Part shown: positions 1 to 9,989 of the stretch, piece after piece
Numbering within the stretch: position 1 is the first letter of the stretch
Layout: the number at the start of each line of letters is the position of its first letter
Source of the DNA: Candidatus Terraquivivens yellowstonensis
GTDB lineage: Archaea > Thermoproteota > Nitrososphaeria_A > Caldarchaeales > Wolframiiraptoraceae
Length of the DNA: 64,000 nucleotides
Direction of reading: 5' to 3'
Assembly (NCBI GenBank): GCA_023539445.1
Contig: JAKCEW010000003.1
Location: forward strand, 71,808-135,807
Made by a program: the position numbers and the translations under genes
Notes under the pieces: model-generated
Databases searched by the model: none
Seen by the model: the letters and a program-made list of their open reading frames with translations, nothing else
What the model was told of the DNA's origin: nothing

Positions 1-489
1 ATACTCCCGGGTCCGTATGAGGTTAAATTCAACTACATGGGAAAGTCCGTTTATTCTAGCGTTATGAATCTGGGCGAAGGTGCCATTAACATAAGGTTGA
101 ATTCGGTCAACTATCCGGTGACGGTTACCGTGGTAGATTCGCTCGGCACTCCAATAGGCGGTCTGACACTCCAAGCTAACTTCGACGGAAAACGCGTATA
201 TGACGGGGTCATTGATAAAAAAGGCATAAGGCTGAGCGCGCCATATCCGGGTGAACTTGCCATCTCAGTGTTTATGGATGGAAAACTCTTGCAAAAGCGC
301 ATAATTCAGTTAACAGGCCCTGAAGAACTCAGGATAAGAATAGGCGATAAGCTCAGCATAGGCGGGTCGTTGGTGGATGTGGCGTTAATCGTTCAAGTCA
401 TAACACTCGTGTCATTCGTTGCATCCCTATCAGGCCTAGCATACGTACTTTTGAGCTGGTGGAGGGGTAAAGCTTATAGAAAAACCTAG
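1..489 (+). CDS. C-terminal part of a membrane-anchored (probably cell-surface) protein; the 5' end lies outside the window
   Basis: Frame 1 is open from nt 1 (ILPGPYEVKFNY precedes the first Met at 37), so the listed 37..489 ORF is probably the tail of a larger gene. The sequence is beta-rich (V/T/G-rich) and ends in a hydrophobic helix (VALIVQVITLVSFVASLSGLAYVLLSWW) plus a basic tail RGKAYRKT. No family recognised. Confidence 0.4.
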   Translation: MLPGPYEVKFNYMGKSVYSSVMNLGEGAINIRLNSVNYPVTVTVVDSLGTPIGGLTLQANFDGKRVYDGVIDKKGIRLSAPYPGELAISVFMDGKLLQKRIIQLTGPEELRIRIGDKLSIGGSLVDVALIVQVITLVSFVASLSGLAYVLLSWWRGKAYRKT

Positions 490-559
490 TTTTACGGCAA
501 TACGCTGGCATTTTTAACCGACAAACATTATTAAGCCTGTAATGTAGACTATCTATACC

Positions 560-3100
560 GTGGCTCAATATTCTTACAGAGCACAACAGACGTCTTTGGA
601 AGACTGGGCGAATGGTGGAGAGAAGACGTTGTATCTGTTATCGTCAGCCTACGACGGCCATACGGGTAAAGCATACCTTAAGATGCTCGACCCTGAAAAG
701 AACGAGGTACTTATTCTTTATGATGAAAGCGGGCATAAGCCGTATTGCTATTCGAAACTGAGTATTGAGGAGCTTTCCAACAACCAAGAGCTGAAGGCTA
801 GAGGGGCCGTAGGGTTCGCTGAAGAAAAGAAGTACGACCTTTTGCATGACAAGGAAGTCACCCTAACAAAGATTATCGCTAACGACCCCCTTGCAATCGG
901 GGGAAGGTCTAATTCGATAAGGGAGTTCATCATGGCTTGGGAGGCGGACATACCTTACCATCTCTGCTACCTGTACGACAAGGGCTTGATACCAGGCATG
1001 CCCTATACGATTACCGATGGAAGGCTTGACATGGTAACAGCCAACGATTGGACCGTTAACCAAATAATGAGTATGGCCAAACAACTTGCCGAGGCAAAGG
1101 GTGAAGATGCCGAAGAAGTTCGAAGATGGCTCTCGATTCTGGAGGCACAATACCCGAAGATAAAGCATGTTTCCATCGATATAGAAGTCCTAGCGCCAGT
1201 AACTACCAGAGTTCCCTCACCGAGCAAGGCCGAAGACCCTGTCGTGGCAATATCGTTCGTCGGATCCGATGGTTTCAAGGCCGTATTTCTGCTAAAAAGA
1301 GAAAAAACCACTACCAACACTACTACCGATGAGGGGTTCGAATTAAAGCTCTTCGACGATGAAAAGAACATGTTACGTGAGGCGTTCAACGTAATAAGCT
1401 CGTACCCTATGGTTGCCACGTTCAACGGTGACGACTTTGACTTGCCGTACTTGAAGAACAGGGGCGATAAGCTTGGCATACCTAAGGAAGAGAATCCAAT
1501 AATCATTAGCAGAGAGGGGGCAACATTACGCAAAGGAATACATGTAGATCTTTACAGGCTATTCCTGAACAAGTCCGTACAGGTATACGCTTTCGACAAC
1601 AAATATCGGGAGAACACGCTGGAGGCGATCTCAAGAGCGCTTGTAGGAAAAGGCAAGGTGGAGCTAAACAAGCCGATGAGCGAATTGAGTCTAGAGGAAT
1701 TAGCTAGGTACAGCTTCTGGGACGCCGCGTTGGTCCATGAGCTACTGACCTTTAATGACTCGCTTCTGATAAAACTACTCATAATCTTGGCGAGAATAAG
1801 TAGAATGCCCATCGAGGACGTATGCAGGCATGGGGTCTCGGGATGGATAAAGAGCCTGCTCTACTATGAGCACAGAAGGAGAGGCTACCTGATACCGAGA
1901 CAGGATGAATTACTCCAAGAAAAGGGAGCCACCACGACCAAGGCGGTTATTGAGGGCAAGAAGTACAGGGGTGCTTTGGTTGCAGAACCAATGCCTGGTG
2001 TACACTTCGGAGTCACGGTCCTAGACTTTGCAAGCCTGTATCCCTCAGCCCTCAAAGAGTGGAACCTAAGCTACGAAACTGTGAGATGCGTCCATGAAGA
2101 GTGCAAAGACAACATCATCCCAGAAACTGGCCATTGGGTTTGTAAGAAAAGGCGCGGCCTCCAAAGCCTCGTGATAGGCGCGCTGAGGGATATAAGGATT
2201 GGCTGGTATAAACCAAAGAGCGGTGACAAGACGCTACAGCCCGAAGTGAGAAGCTGGTACGAGGTCGTCCAGCGCGCTCTGAAGGTTTTGCTTAATGCCA
2301 GCTACGGCGTATTCGGATTCTCCAACTTCCAGCTTTATTGTCCGCCCGTAGCTGAGAGTACTGCGGCGATAGGAAGGTACGCATTCAAGATGACTTTGAA
2401 GAAGGCCAAAGAGTTGGGAATACAGGTAGTTTACGGTGACACGGATTCCCTCTTCCTGAAGACGAACAATCCGAAGCTCATAGAGGAACTCATCTCTTGG
2501 GCGAAGAATACGCTAAGGCTGGATCTCGAGGTTGACAAGGTTTACAGGTACGTGGTCTTCTCAACAAGAAAGAAGAACTACCTTGGCGTGACGACAAAAG
2601 ATGTTGTGGATGTCAAGGGTCTGACTGGGAAGAAGAGACATATACCAACATTCATAAAGGAGGCCTTCGATAAAATGCTGGAGGAATTCAAGAAAGTACA
2701 GACAGAAGAGGACTTCGAGCGGGCAAAGCAGAACTTGCAAAACCTCTTGAGAACTTGGTACTATAAGCTGAAGAATGGGCAGTTTGAATTGGATGACCTA
2801 GCGTTCAGGGTCATGCTCTCTAAGATGCCCGAGAAGTACACGAAAACGACACCCCAGCATGTCAAGGCGGCAAGGAAACTGGAGGCGATCGGCATACAGT
2901 TGTCGGCCGGAGACGTAATAAGCTTTGTGAAAACCAAGGATAAGGACGGCGTTAGACCGCTCCAGCTTGCAAGACCAGAGCATATTGACGTTGAAAAGTA
3001 TATCGACTACATGAGGTCGACATTCGAGCAAGTTCTGGATGCACTCGGCATAGACTTCGATAAGATGGTAGGCGTTAGTAGCTTAGAAAGTTTCATGTAA
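560..3100 (+). CDS. polB: DNA polymerase, family B (archaeal PolB)
   Basis: 846-aa ORF with GTG start. Motifs visible: Exo I VSIDIEV, Exo II FNGDDFDLPYL, Exo III YSFWDAALVHEL, Pol A DFASLYPS, Pol B KVLLNASYGVFG, Pol C YGDTDSLF. No intein-sized insertion. Confidence 0.95.
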   Translation: MAQYSYRAQQTSLEDWANGGEKTLYLLSSAYDGHTGKAYLKMLDPEKNEVLILYDESGHKPYCYSKLSIEELSNNQELKARGAVGFAEEKKYDLLHDKEVTLTKIIANDPLAIGGRSNSIREFIMAWEADIPYHLCYLYDKGLIPGMPYTITDGRLDMVTANDWTVNQIMSMAKQLAEAKGEDAEEVRRWLSILEAQYPKIKHVSIDIEVLAPVTTRVPSPSKAEDPVVAISFVGSDGFKAVFLLKREKTTTNTTTDEGFELKLFDDEKNMLREAFNVISSYPMVATFNGDDFDLPYLKNRGDKLGIPKEENPIIISREGATLRKGIHVDLYRLFLNKSVQVYAFDNKYRENTLEAISRALVGKGKVELNKPMSELSLEELARYSFWDAALVHELLTFNDSLLIKLLIILARISRMPIEDVCRHGVSGWIKSLLYYEHRRRGYLIPRQDELLQEKGATTTKAVIEGKKYRGALVAEPMPGVHFGVTVLDFASLYPSALKEWNLSYETVRCVHEECKDNIIPETGHWVCKKRRGLQSLVIGALRDIRIGWYKPKSGDKTLQPEVRSWYEVVQRALKVLLNASYGVFGFSNFQLYCPPVAESTAAIGRYAFKMTLKKAKELGIQVVYGDTDSLFLKTNNPKLIEELISWAKNTLRLDLEVDKVYRYVVFSTRKKNYLGVTTKDVVDVKGLTGKKRHIPTFIKEAFDKMLEEFKKVQTEEDFERAKQNLQNLLRTWYYKLKNGQFELDDLAFRVMLSKMPEKYTKTTPQHVKAARKLEAIGIQLSAGDVISFVKTKDKDGVRPLQLARPEHIDVEKYIDYMRSTFEQVLDALGIDFDKMVGVSSLESFM

Positions 3101-3150
3101 CCTAACACGGCTTAAAGCGCTAGCCTTTAATCCAAGATTGCTATTAGTGA

Positions 3151-4107
3151 TTGAATCGGGGTAAGCGATCTTTGGAGCGAGGGGCTGAGGGCATAATTGA
3201 GGAGATAAGGAAAGATGTGGAAAGGGGATCAGCAGAACTTGCGGTTAGGGCTATAGATGCCTTTATCGCTCTAGCAGACTATGTACGCGTAGATTCTGCA
3301 GAAGGTCTCAGACAATCGGTCGTCATGCTGGCACGCCAGATAGCGGACTCCAGACCTTCGATGTTCTCTTTAAGGAATGTCGCGTTTGAGATAGCTTTCA
3401 AGTTTGTTGAGGCTTCACGGTATGTGGATAACCCTCAAATTCTCAAAGAGTTGCTGAAACAGATAGCCGCAACTGTGTTTGAGGAGTATAGGGTCGCGGT
3501 CGAAAGACTCAGGAGGTTTGGGCGTGACCTACTTTCCGGATTTAGCAGCGTTGCAACATTAAGCTATAGCTCAACGGTCTTAGCAGTCCTTAAGGAGGTC
3601 GGGAAGAAGGTTAAGGTTTACGTGGCAGAATCTAGGCCCCTCTTCGAAGGCAGAAAGATGGCTGCAGCCCTAGCGGAATCCGGAATCGAAACCGTGCTAA
3701 CGACGGATGCCGCAATCGGCTACATGTTAAAAGAGGCAGATGCAGCACTTGTTGGAGCGGATTCTATCCTCATGAACGGTTCTTTCGCTAATAAGGTCGG
3801 TACGTTTCAGCTAGCATGCACCTCCAAGTTTCTGGGAAAACCGTTCTACGTTATCTCCACCACGTGGAAGGCCCTTCCCACATTAGAGTATTCGGAGGAG
3901 GAGCACGCCGCTGAAGAGGTACTGCCGGCAGAATCACCCCCTAACCAAAAGATAAAGGTAAGGAACCCCTACTTCGAGGTTGTGCCTGCAGAGCTCGTGA
4001 CCGCATACATAACAGAGGAAGGTGTGCTAAAGCCGAGCCAGATTGTTGAACTCATAGAAGCCAGGTTCAAAAAGTATAGAGAGATGGAAAAGATTGTTTA
4101 CGGTTAG
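3151..4107 (+). CDS. eIF-2B alpha/beta/delta family protein (aIF-2B-like or sugar-phosphate isomerase family)
   Basis: 318 aa with TTG start. Family core VYVAESRPLFEGRKMAAALAESGIETVLTTDAAIGYML...GADSILMNGSFANKVGTFQLA. I cannot distinguish a regulatory aIF-2B-like protein from ribose-1,5-bisphosphate or MTR-1-P isomerase by eye. Confidence 0.75.
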   Translation: MNRGKRSLERGAEGIIEEIRKDVERGSAELAVRAIDAFIALADYVRVDSAEGLRQSVVMLARQIADSRPSMFSLRNVAFEIAFKFVEASRYVDNPQILKELLKQIAATVFEEYRVAVERLRRFGRDLLSGFSSVATLSYSSTVLAVLKEVGKKVKVYVAESRPLFEGRKMAAALAESGIETVLTTDAAIGYMLKEADAALVGADSILMNGSFANKVGTFQLACTSKFLGKPFYVISTTWKALPTLEYSEEEHAAEEVLPAESPPNQKIKVRNPYFEVVPAELVTAYITEEGVLKPSQIVELIEARFKKYREMEKIVYG

Positions 4108-4124
4108 TATGCGGGATGTGATGG

Positions 4125-4766
4125 TTGTTGTTACGTGTTGAAAAAGTTATTGTGGGACCACTGTCGAGCAATTCTTACCTCGTGTACGATTCTGACGTGA
4201 GGGAGGGAATTATAATCGATGCTGGTGGCGATGGTGACAAGATAGTAGCGCTTGTGGATAATGCTGGCGTTAGGGTCGGCTATCTATGCGCCACACATGC
4301 GCATTTTGACCACATACTAGCGGTCGATTATGTTAGGGATGTTCTTGGTTGCAAGTTCTTGATGCATAAGGATGATGTATGGTTGTTGGAGGTAGCTGCT
4401 AAAAGTGCAAGGAAATACATAGGTGATGACGTACCTAACATATCCGAGCCGGACGGTTACCTGTACGATGGATATATGTTGGAGATTGGCCAGCACTTAC
4501 TTAGAGTTTTGCATACCCCCGGACACACTCCCGGGAGTGTGTCAATCGTAGGCGATGGGTTCGTGTTCACAGGCGATACACTATTCGCTGGTACAGTTGG
4601 CAGGACGGATTTTCCCGGCGGCAACGCTGAGCAGTTGGCGGACTCTCTATCCAAAAAGTTGATGTCGCTGCCAGATTATTACGTGGTGTATCCTGGACAC
4701 GGAAGACCAACCACGATAGGCGCTGAAAGGAGAGGCAATCCATTCATAAATCTGACCAAGCGTTGA
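4125..4766 (+). CDS. MBL-fold metallo-hydrolase (glyoxalase II-like size)
   Basis: HxHxDH motif THAHFDH, later HTPGHTPGS and GDTLF. 213 aa. Confidence 0.8.
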   Translation: MLLRVEKVIVGPLSSNSYLVYDSDVREGIIIDAGGDGDKIVALVDNAGVRVGYLCATHAHFDHILAVDYVRDVLGCKFLMHKDDVWLLEVAAKSARKYIGDDVPNISEPDGYLYDGYMLEIGQHLLRVLHTPGHTPGSVSIVGDGFVFTGDTLFAGTVGRTDFPGGNAEQLADSLSKKLMSLPDYYVVYPGHGRPTTIGAERRGNPFINLTKR

Positions 4767-5488
4767 GTAACGGAGAACATCTTATGCTGAACAGCTTAGA
4801 AGAGCTGGCAAAGACGATAATCTCGTGTAAGAAGTGCTCCAGACTCGTACATCATAGGTTATATGTGGCTGAGAACAGGCCAAAGAGGTATTTGAACGAG
4901 GAGTATTGGGCAAAGCCTATACCGGGTTTCGGTGACCCTAACGCAAGACTCTTAGTCGTCGGCCTTGCACCGGCCGCTCATGGGGGAAACAGGACCGGGA
5001 GGATGTTCACGGGTGATTATTCCGCTGAGACCCTAATGAAAGCCCTGCATTCTGTAGGCTATGCATCTCAGCCCTACAGCATCAATAGGAATGATGGACT
5101 TAGGCTCGAGGACGTTTACCTCACCGCTATCGTTAGATGCGTACCACCAAAAAACATGCCTTCGAGAGAAGAGATCGAGAATTGTTCAGCATACCTAAAG
5201 AATGAGTTCTTCCTTCTCAAGAATGTAAGGGTAATGGTCGCGCTCGGCATGATAGCGTTCAATACTTGTGTAAAAATTTTGTCAGAACTTGGTGTTTCAA
5301 TACCGAGGCCTGCTCCGAAGTTTTTACACGGAGCCGTTTATAGGTTTGAAGGAGAGTTGTTCGGTAGGACCGCACCGTTGCTCATCGCATCCTACCATCC
5401 CAGCAGACAAAACACGCAGACAGGTAGGTTGACACAGAGTATGCTGAATGACATATTCAAAAAGGCGAGACGGATGACTCTTGTCTGA
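4763..5488 (+). CDS. Uracil-DNA glycosylase, Fe-S type (family 4/5; motif A looks family-5/UDGb-like)
   Basis: N-terminal CKKCSRL plus later RCVPP and ENCSAY cysteines (4Fe-4S ligand pattern). Motif A is GLAPAAHGGNRTGRMFTGD rather than GE(A/G)PG. C-terminal HPS motif (SYHPSRQN). TTG start overlaps the upstream stop; an alternative ATG lies at 4784. Confidence 0.8.
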   Translation: MSNGEHLMLNSLEELAKTIISCKKCSRLVHHRLYVAENRPKRYLNEEYWAKPIPGFGDPNARLLVVGLAPAAHGGNRTGRMFTGDYSAETLMKALHSVGYASQPYSINRNDGLRLEDVYLTAIVRCVPPKNMPSREEIENCSAYLKNEFFLLKNVRVMVALGMIAFNTCVKILSELGVSIPRPAPKFLHGAVYRFEGELFGRTAPLLIASYHPSRQNTQTGRLTQSMLNDIFKKARRMTLV

Positions 5489-5517
5489 GTGCTTAGAATT
5501 TTTGCACAATAATCAGG

Positions 5518-6729
5518 GTGAAAAACATTTTAATTGTGGTACACACTCAGGGCAACACGAAATTGAGTGAACCCATATCCAAGGAATCTGCGGAATTCTT
5601 GCGGTTGCTCAGCGTTTCCACCTTCGTCATAGGCCTTGGCATATCTTCAGGCATATACTTCGTCCCGATACAGGCTGAGATTCTTGGCGCATCTTACATG
5701 GAGATAGGTATGCTCGGCTTCGTGAGGGCTTTGCCGTATACTTTCCTACCAGCCCTTCTCGGACATTTTTTAGCAGGTGCCAATAAAGTTAGGCTATACT
5801 TGATTTGTCCCATAATGGCTGTAATTTTTTATACTGTTGTCTCGCTGATTAAGAGCGTACCCGCGATTATTGCGGCTCAAATTCTGATAGGTCTGGCATT
5901 TGTTTTCTACTGGCCTGTAGGGGAAACGATGGTTGCTGCGAGCTCGACTGTTCAGAATAGGGTCAAGGCATTTGCAATCTATAGCATATCGTGGAACGCT
6001 GGTTATCTGCTCGGACCCAGTATCGGAGGCTACGTAGCTGAGAATTTCGGCATATATGCCGCATTCTGGTTATCCTTGGCAATATTGGTGGCCGCGATAC
6101 CGATGGTCCTTTTGCTGAGACAGCCGATTGTCTTAGAGCAAAAAGAACCGGGTGAAAAAGGGGATGGAAAAATTTCCCTCCTCAAACTCGCTCCATTCTA
6201 CAGCATGCTTGTTATACAGTCTATGGTCTACGCGACGCTCTTAGTAATATTCCCCAATTATGCTTGGGATTTGGGAATAAGTGAGTTTTACGTCGGAACG
6301 ATATTCACAGTCTTCAGTATCGCTAGGCTAACATCATTTTTGGTGGTGGGAAAGGTGTTTAGGTCACAACCAAGGTTTGCCTTCACGATGTCTTCCGTAT
6401 TTTTTGCTATTCCAATGCTCTTGATAGCATGTTTCCCGTCTTTGGTCGTTTTTTACGTCGCCGTTGCGATGTATGCTGCAACGTTGAGTTACTTTACGTC
6501 CTTACTCTTTAACACGCTAACTTGTAATGTGCCCGCCGAGAAGTATGGCTTTGTTGTAGGCCTTTACGAGGGGATTTTCGGCTTCGGTTTCGCATTCGGT
6601 CCGTTGCTGGCCGGATACGTGTCCGAGGTCATAGGTTTACGGGAAAGCTTCCTCTTACAAGCAGTCATGGCCGCAGCGATGTCATGTATCGCAATCGCCT
6701 CAGGAGCCGAAAGGAGGCAAAAAGGATAG
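5518..6729 (+). CDS. MFS-type transporter
   Basis: 403 aa with about 12 hydrophobic helices in two halves, separated by the charged loop RQPIVLEQKEPGEKGDGK. Substrate unknown. Confidence 0.7.
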   Translation: MKNILIVVHTQGNTKLSEPISKESAEFLRLLSVSTFVIGLGISSGIYFVPIQAEILGASYMEIGMLGFVRALPYTFLPALLGHFLAGANKVRLYLICPIMAVIFYTVVSLIKSVPAIIAAQILIGLAFVFYWPVGETMVAASSTVQNRVKAFAIYSISWNAGYLLGPSIGGYVAENFGIYAAFWLSLAILVAAIPMVLLLRQPIVLEQKEPGEKGDGKISLLKLAPFYSMLVIQSMVYATLLVIFPNYAWDLGISEFYVGTIFTVFSIARLTSFLVVGKVFRSQPRFAFTMSSVFFAIPMLLIACFPSLVVFYVAVAMYAATLSYFTSLLFNTLTCNVPAEKYGFVVGLYEGIFGFGFAFGPLLAGYVSEVIGLRESFLLQAVMAAAMSCIAIASGAERRQKG

Positions 6730-6774
6730 AAAATCTTATTAAACCAATTGACTGGTTACTTTTTTGAGGGGGCC

Positions 6775-7863
6775 ATGGTAAAGTTTGGTTTACACCTAAC
6801 TGTCCTACCCGTGGCGGATCTGGTACATGCCGGCGTGCTTGCCGAAAAATACGGCTTTACGTCCGCATGGGTTCCAGATCACTACACGGATATGCCACCT
6901 TCAGGTGATAAAGTCGACCCTTGGGTAACCCTAACCGCCATAGGTGTGCAGACAAAGAACATGAGGCTTGCAACTGATGTGACGGACGTTATCAGGGCAC
7001 ATCCGACAAAAGTTGCGCATATTGCGGCTACGCTCGACGAATTGACCGGCGGCAGGGTAATACTCGGGCTTGGAGCCGGTGAAGCGATGAACATAGTGGC
7101 TTACGGTTTACCATGGGAAGATCCAGAAACGAGGGTTTCGAGGTTAAAGGAGGCAATCGAGGTAATCAGACTCTGCTGGAAGTCCAGCAGGGCAAGCCCT
7201 GTCAACTTTGAAGGGAAGTTCTACAAACTTAAGAACGCTTGGATAGATCAAGTTCCTGTACAGAAGCCTGCCCCGCCAATATACGTGGGCGCATTGGGAT
7301 CTCCAAGATCTCTCAGTTTGGTGGGGGAGGTTGCTGATGGTTGGAAGCCTTGGCTTGCCACACCTGAGCTCTACCAGAAAAGGCTAGAGATAATAAAGGA
7401 TGCCGCAAAGAGGGCGGGAAGGGATTTCGAGAGCATAGACAAGATTGCCTTCATCTACACTGCCGTAACAGACGACCCGGGAATGAGGAAAGCTGTGGTT
7501 GACGCCATAAAGCCAGAGATCATAATGTTAACACATAGAAAGACTTTGAAGGAGCTTGGATTTGAGGTGCCGGTACCCGAGACCGTAGATTACTCCTACC
7601 AGAGGGCACCACCCATCGAGCAGGTTGTCGAGTATCCAAGAAAGGCTGCCGAGGCCATGCCTGACAAAATAGCTGAGAAGTTCTTGGCTGTAGGAACACC
7701 AGATGAGGTGATTGCGGGCATAGAGAAGTTCCTAAAGGCTGGAGCGAAGAACGTTGTCATAAAGGACTTGGTCGGCCTCTACGTAACTGGCGACGTTAGG
7801 AAGCTGGAGGAGCAGATAAAGCTCATAGGCGAGAAGGTCATACCATACTTCAAAGAAAAGTAG
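6775..7863 (+). CDS. Luciferase-like (LLM class) oxidoreductase, probably F420-dependent
   Basis: Typical LLM N-terminus MVKFGLHL.., GFTSAWVPDHY, GRVILGLGAGE. The listed ORF starts at TTG 6748; ATG 6775 fits the family N-terminus better. Confidence 0.75.
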   Translation: MVKFGLHLTVLPVADLVHAGVLAEKYGFTSAWVPDHYTDMPPSGDKVDPWVTLTAIGVQTKNMRLATDVTDVIRAHPTKVAHIAATLDELTGGRVILGLGAGEAMNIVAYGLPWEDPETRVSRLKEAIEVIRLCWKSSRASPVNFEGKFYKLKNAWIDQVPVQKPAPPIYVGALGSPRSLSLVGEVADGWKPWLATPELYQKRLEIIKDAAKRAGRDFESIDKIAFIYTAVTDDPGMRKAVVDAIKPEIIMLTHRKTLKELGFEVPVPETVDYSYQRAPPIEQVVEYPRKAAEAMPDKIAEKFLAVGTPDEVIAGIEKFLKAGAKNVVIKDLVGLYVTGDVRKLEEQIKLIGEKVIPYFKEK

Positions 7864-7878
7864 CAACGGTCCACCTTC

Positions 7879-7890
7879 TTTTTTATTTTT
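7879..7890 (+). terminator. Oligo-T tract between convergent genes (candidate archaeal terminator)
   Basis: TTTTTTATTTTT lies directly after the LLM stop codon and abuts the stop of the convergent radical SAM gene. Confidence 0.3.
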
Positions 7891-8739
7891 TTATTTACGC
7901 ATACTATTCGGAAGAGAGCAGCATGCCTCGATTGTCGGTCCTGGAATTGATGTGTAAGGCACAGTGATCCTGTCAACCAGACCTCTGCGCATCAGCTCGT
8001 TTTCAAGGGTTTGCGTATAACTGCCCCTGACCCTCATGCAACCTAGAGCAAGTTCCGTGTTCTCCAACTTTTTCCTAGCAGTAGCAAAAAGGTTCACTAA
8101 ATCGCTGATTGATGGTGGCTTGACATGAGCCATGGGCGTACCTTCTATCGGAACCAGTATCAAAAATATTAAAACGTAAGGGTCGTAATCCCTCAGCACA
8201 TCAATGGCCTCGTATTCCCAAGAAATTTTACCATAATCCGAGCCTACAGTTATATGTGGCGAGACGTAACGCGGACCGTACGTGTAAATCGTATCAAGGG
8301 CTTTCAATACGTCATCCTTGCTTAACTTTGTATGCATGACTTTCCTTAGAACGCTATCGCTGAGAACGACGTAGAATTCTGTTATATCTATTCCGGAGTC
8401 CTTTAGCTGGGTCGCACCGTCTTTATCTAAAACACCAGGATGTATGCTGAGCGTCAGACCCAAATCTCTCTTCGCATACTTTATGGCCTCGATGTAAGAT
8501 TCAAACGGCAACCTACCTTCCTTATTAAAACCGCCGCTGATTAGGCATCCTATACCACCTCTTTCCTTCAACCTTTTACAAAAGGACAGAAACCTGTCAG
8601 GATTCTCTATCTGTACCATCGTCCTCAAGACAAGACCGCGGCAATAGTCGCATTTCAGATCACATTTACTGCCAGTTATGGACACCGTAGGGTATTTCGG
8701 GTGGGGTACGTATACCTTAGGCACGGCACATAAACCCAT
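7891..8739 (-). CDS. Radical SAM enzyme, subfamily unknown
   Basis: CDLKCDYC (CX3CX2C) near the N-terminus and Gly-rich CLISGGF segment. 282 aa. Lies 7 nt downstream of the C-N hydrolase gene. Confidence 0.8.
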   Translation of the reverse strand: MGLCAVPKVYVPHPKYPTVSITGSKCDLKCDYCRGLVLRTMVQIENPDRFLSFCKRLKERGGIGCLISGGFNKEGRLPFESYIEAIKYAKRDLGLTLSIHPGVLDKDGATQLKDSGIDITEFYVVLSDSVLRKVMHTKLSKDDVLKALDTIYTYGPRYVSPHITVGSDYGKISWEYEAIDVLRDYDPYVLIFLILVPIEGTPMAHVKPPSISDLVNLFATARKKLENTELALGCMRVRGSYTQTLENELMRRGLVDRITVPYTSIPGPTIEACCSLPNSMRK

Positions 8740-8746
8740 CTTCCAT

Positions 8747-9589
8747 CTAAAAACCTTTTTCTAGCTTGTTGAATTTTAACCGTCTATTCCTGAAGAAGGC
8801 TTTCCATCTGAACTCGGAGTATCGCTTCAGGTCTATGTCTGCGACCAATATCTCTTCTTCCTTACCTGCCTTCGCCTTTATCAGCCTCTCTTCCGTGAAC
8901 ATGTTTTCGCCACTATAAGGTCTCACGATAAACTCATCCATGTTCGCAACGTCTTCGGGCACGACAATTATGCTGTGTCCTCCGTATCTCGGTTCCAACT
9001 CAAAATCTGCGTAAACTAATCGTGATTTAACCCATTCGGCAGTGTTAACACCCACTATGGGCATCCAATTCTCCCAAGAGCGAACTAAAATTATGCGATG
9101 CCAAAGATGGATTACATTCGCGTTCCAATTTGAGACAACGAATATTATATCGGCCCCCATCATACTCAGCATCGACATGGGTTCTGGGTAGATTATCTCG
9201 GAGCATCTCAATATTCCTACTTTACCATGAAAGGTATCGTGTAACGGTAAAGAATCTACTGGTTCAAAAAGCCCTTCCTCGAAAACCCAAAGGAGTGTGG
9301 TCTTGCCCTGCCTACCTATCACTTCACCCTCAGGGCTTATGAGTATGCATGCGCTCCCATACTTGCCGGCCTGTGTTTTTTGGAGCATCGTGGCTATAAC
9401 GTAAGAGTTTATTTCTCGAGCCTTCTTGCAGAGCTCCTTCTCGCCTGTTGATGGATATCCCTCTGGAAAAGCAGCTATATCGACCTCCAACTTCGCCACA
9501 CTATCGAGCAGCTCAAGCGCTCGAGGCAAGTTCTTTTCGGTGAATAGCGCTCCGGCGGGTTTAGCCTGTATTGCAGCCACTCTGACCAA
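8747..9589 (-). CDS. Carbon-nitrogen hydrolase (nitrilase superfamily)
   Basis: Glu-Lys-Cys triad contexts FPEGYP, GRQGKTTLL, GILRCSEIIYPE. 280 aa. Confidence 0.8.
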   Translation of the reverse strand: MVRVAAIQAKPAGALFTEKNLPRALELLDSVAKLEVDIAAFPEGYPSTGEKELCKKAREINSYVIATMLQKTQAGKYGSACILISPEGEVIGRQGKTTLLWVFEEGLFEPVDSLPLHDTFHGKVGILRCSEIIYPEPMSMLSMMGADIIFVVSNWNANVIHLWHRIILVRSWENWMPIVGVNTAEWVKSRLVYADFELEPRYGGHSIIVVPEDVANMDEFIVRPYSGENMFTEERLIKAKAGKEEEILVADIDLKRYSEFRWKAFFRNRRLKFNKLEKGF

Positions 9590-9633
9590 ACACCATCAGC
9601 CGGTTCCTTTTTGAATGAATCTTTTATAAAAAT

Positions 9634-9987
9634 TTGAGTAAACTTATTATGAAGTGTTTACCCCCTATACCTAACAGGAGTGTGTATATTATGGGCGTTC
9701 TACCAGGTCAGAAATTCGTATGGCTCAAAGCAAAAAGCGACCCGAACGTACCGTCTGATTCCGTCGTAATAAACAATAAGTACATGGCGTTGCTCAAAGT
9801 ACCCGAGAACGAAGCTGTGGAGGTAGTGTACGAGGGCGAGCTTCTATTCAAAGCCAACGTTAAATACGATGCTAACGTGCAAAGAGGTTACGCGTTCATA
9901 AACAAAAATAAAATGGTTGAATTCAAGATACCGGAAGAAGAGGCCGTCATCATCGCAGAGCCGAGGGAAAAAGCTGAGTCCGAGTGA
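9634..9987 (+). CDS. Hypothetical protein
   Basis: 117-aa ORF divergent from the C-N hydrolase gene. An internal Met at 9691 (MGVLPGQKF..) is an alternative start. No family recognised. Confidence 0.3.
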   Translation: MSKLIMKCLPPIPNRSVYIMGVLPGQKFVWLKAKSDPNVPSDSVVINNKYMALLKVPENEAVEVVYEGELLFKANVKYDANVQRGYAFINKNKMVEFKIPEEEAVIIAEPREKAESE

Positions 9988-9989
9988 CG

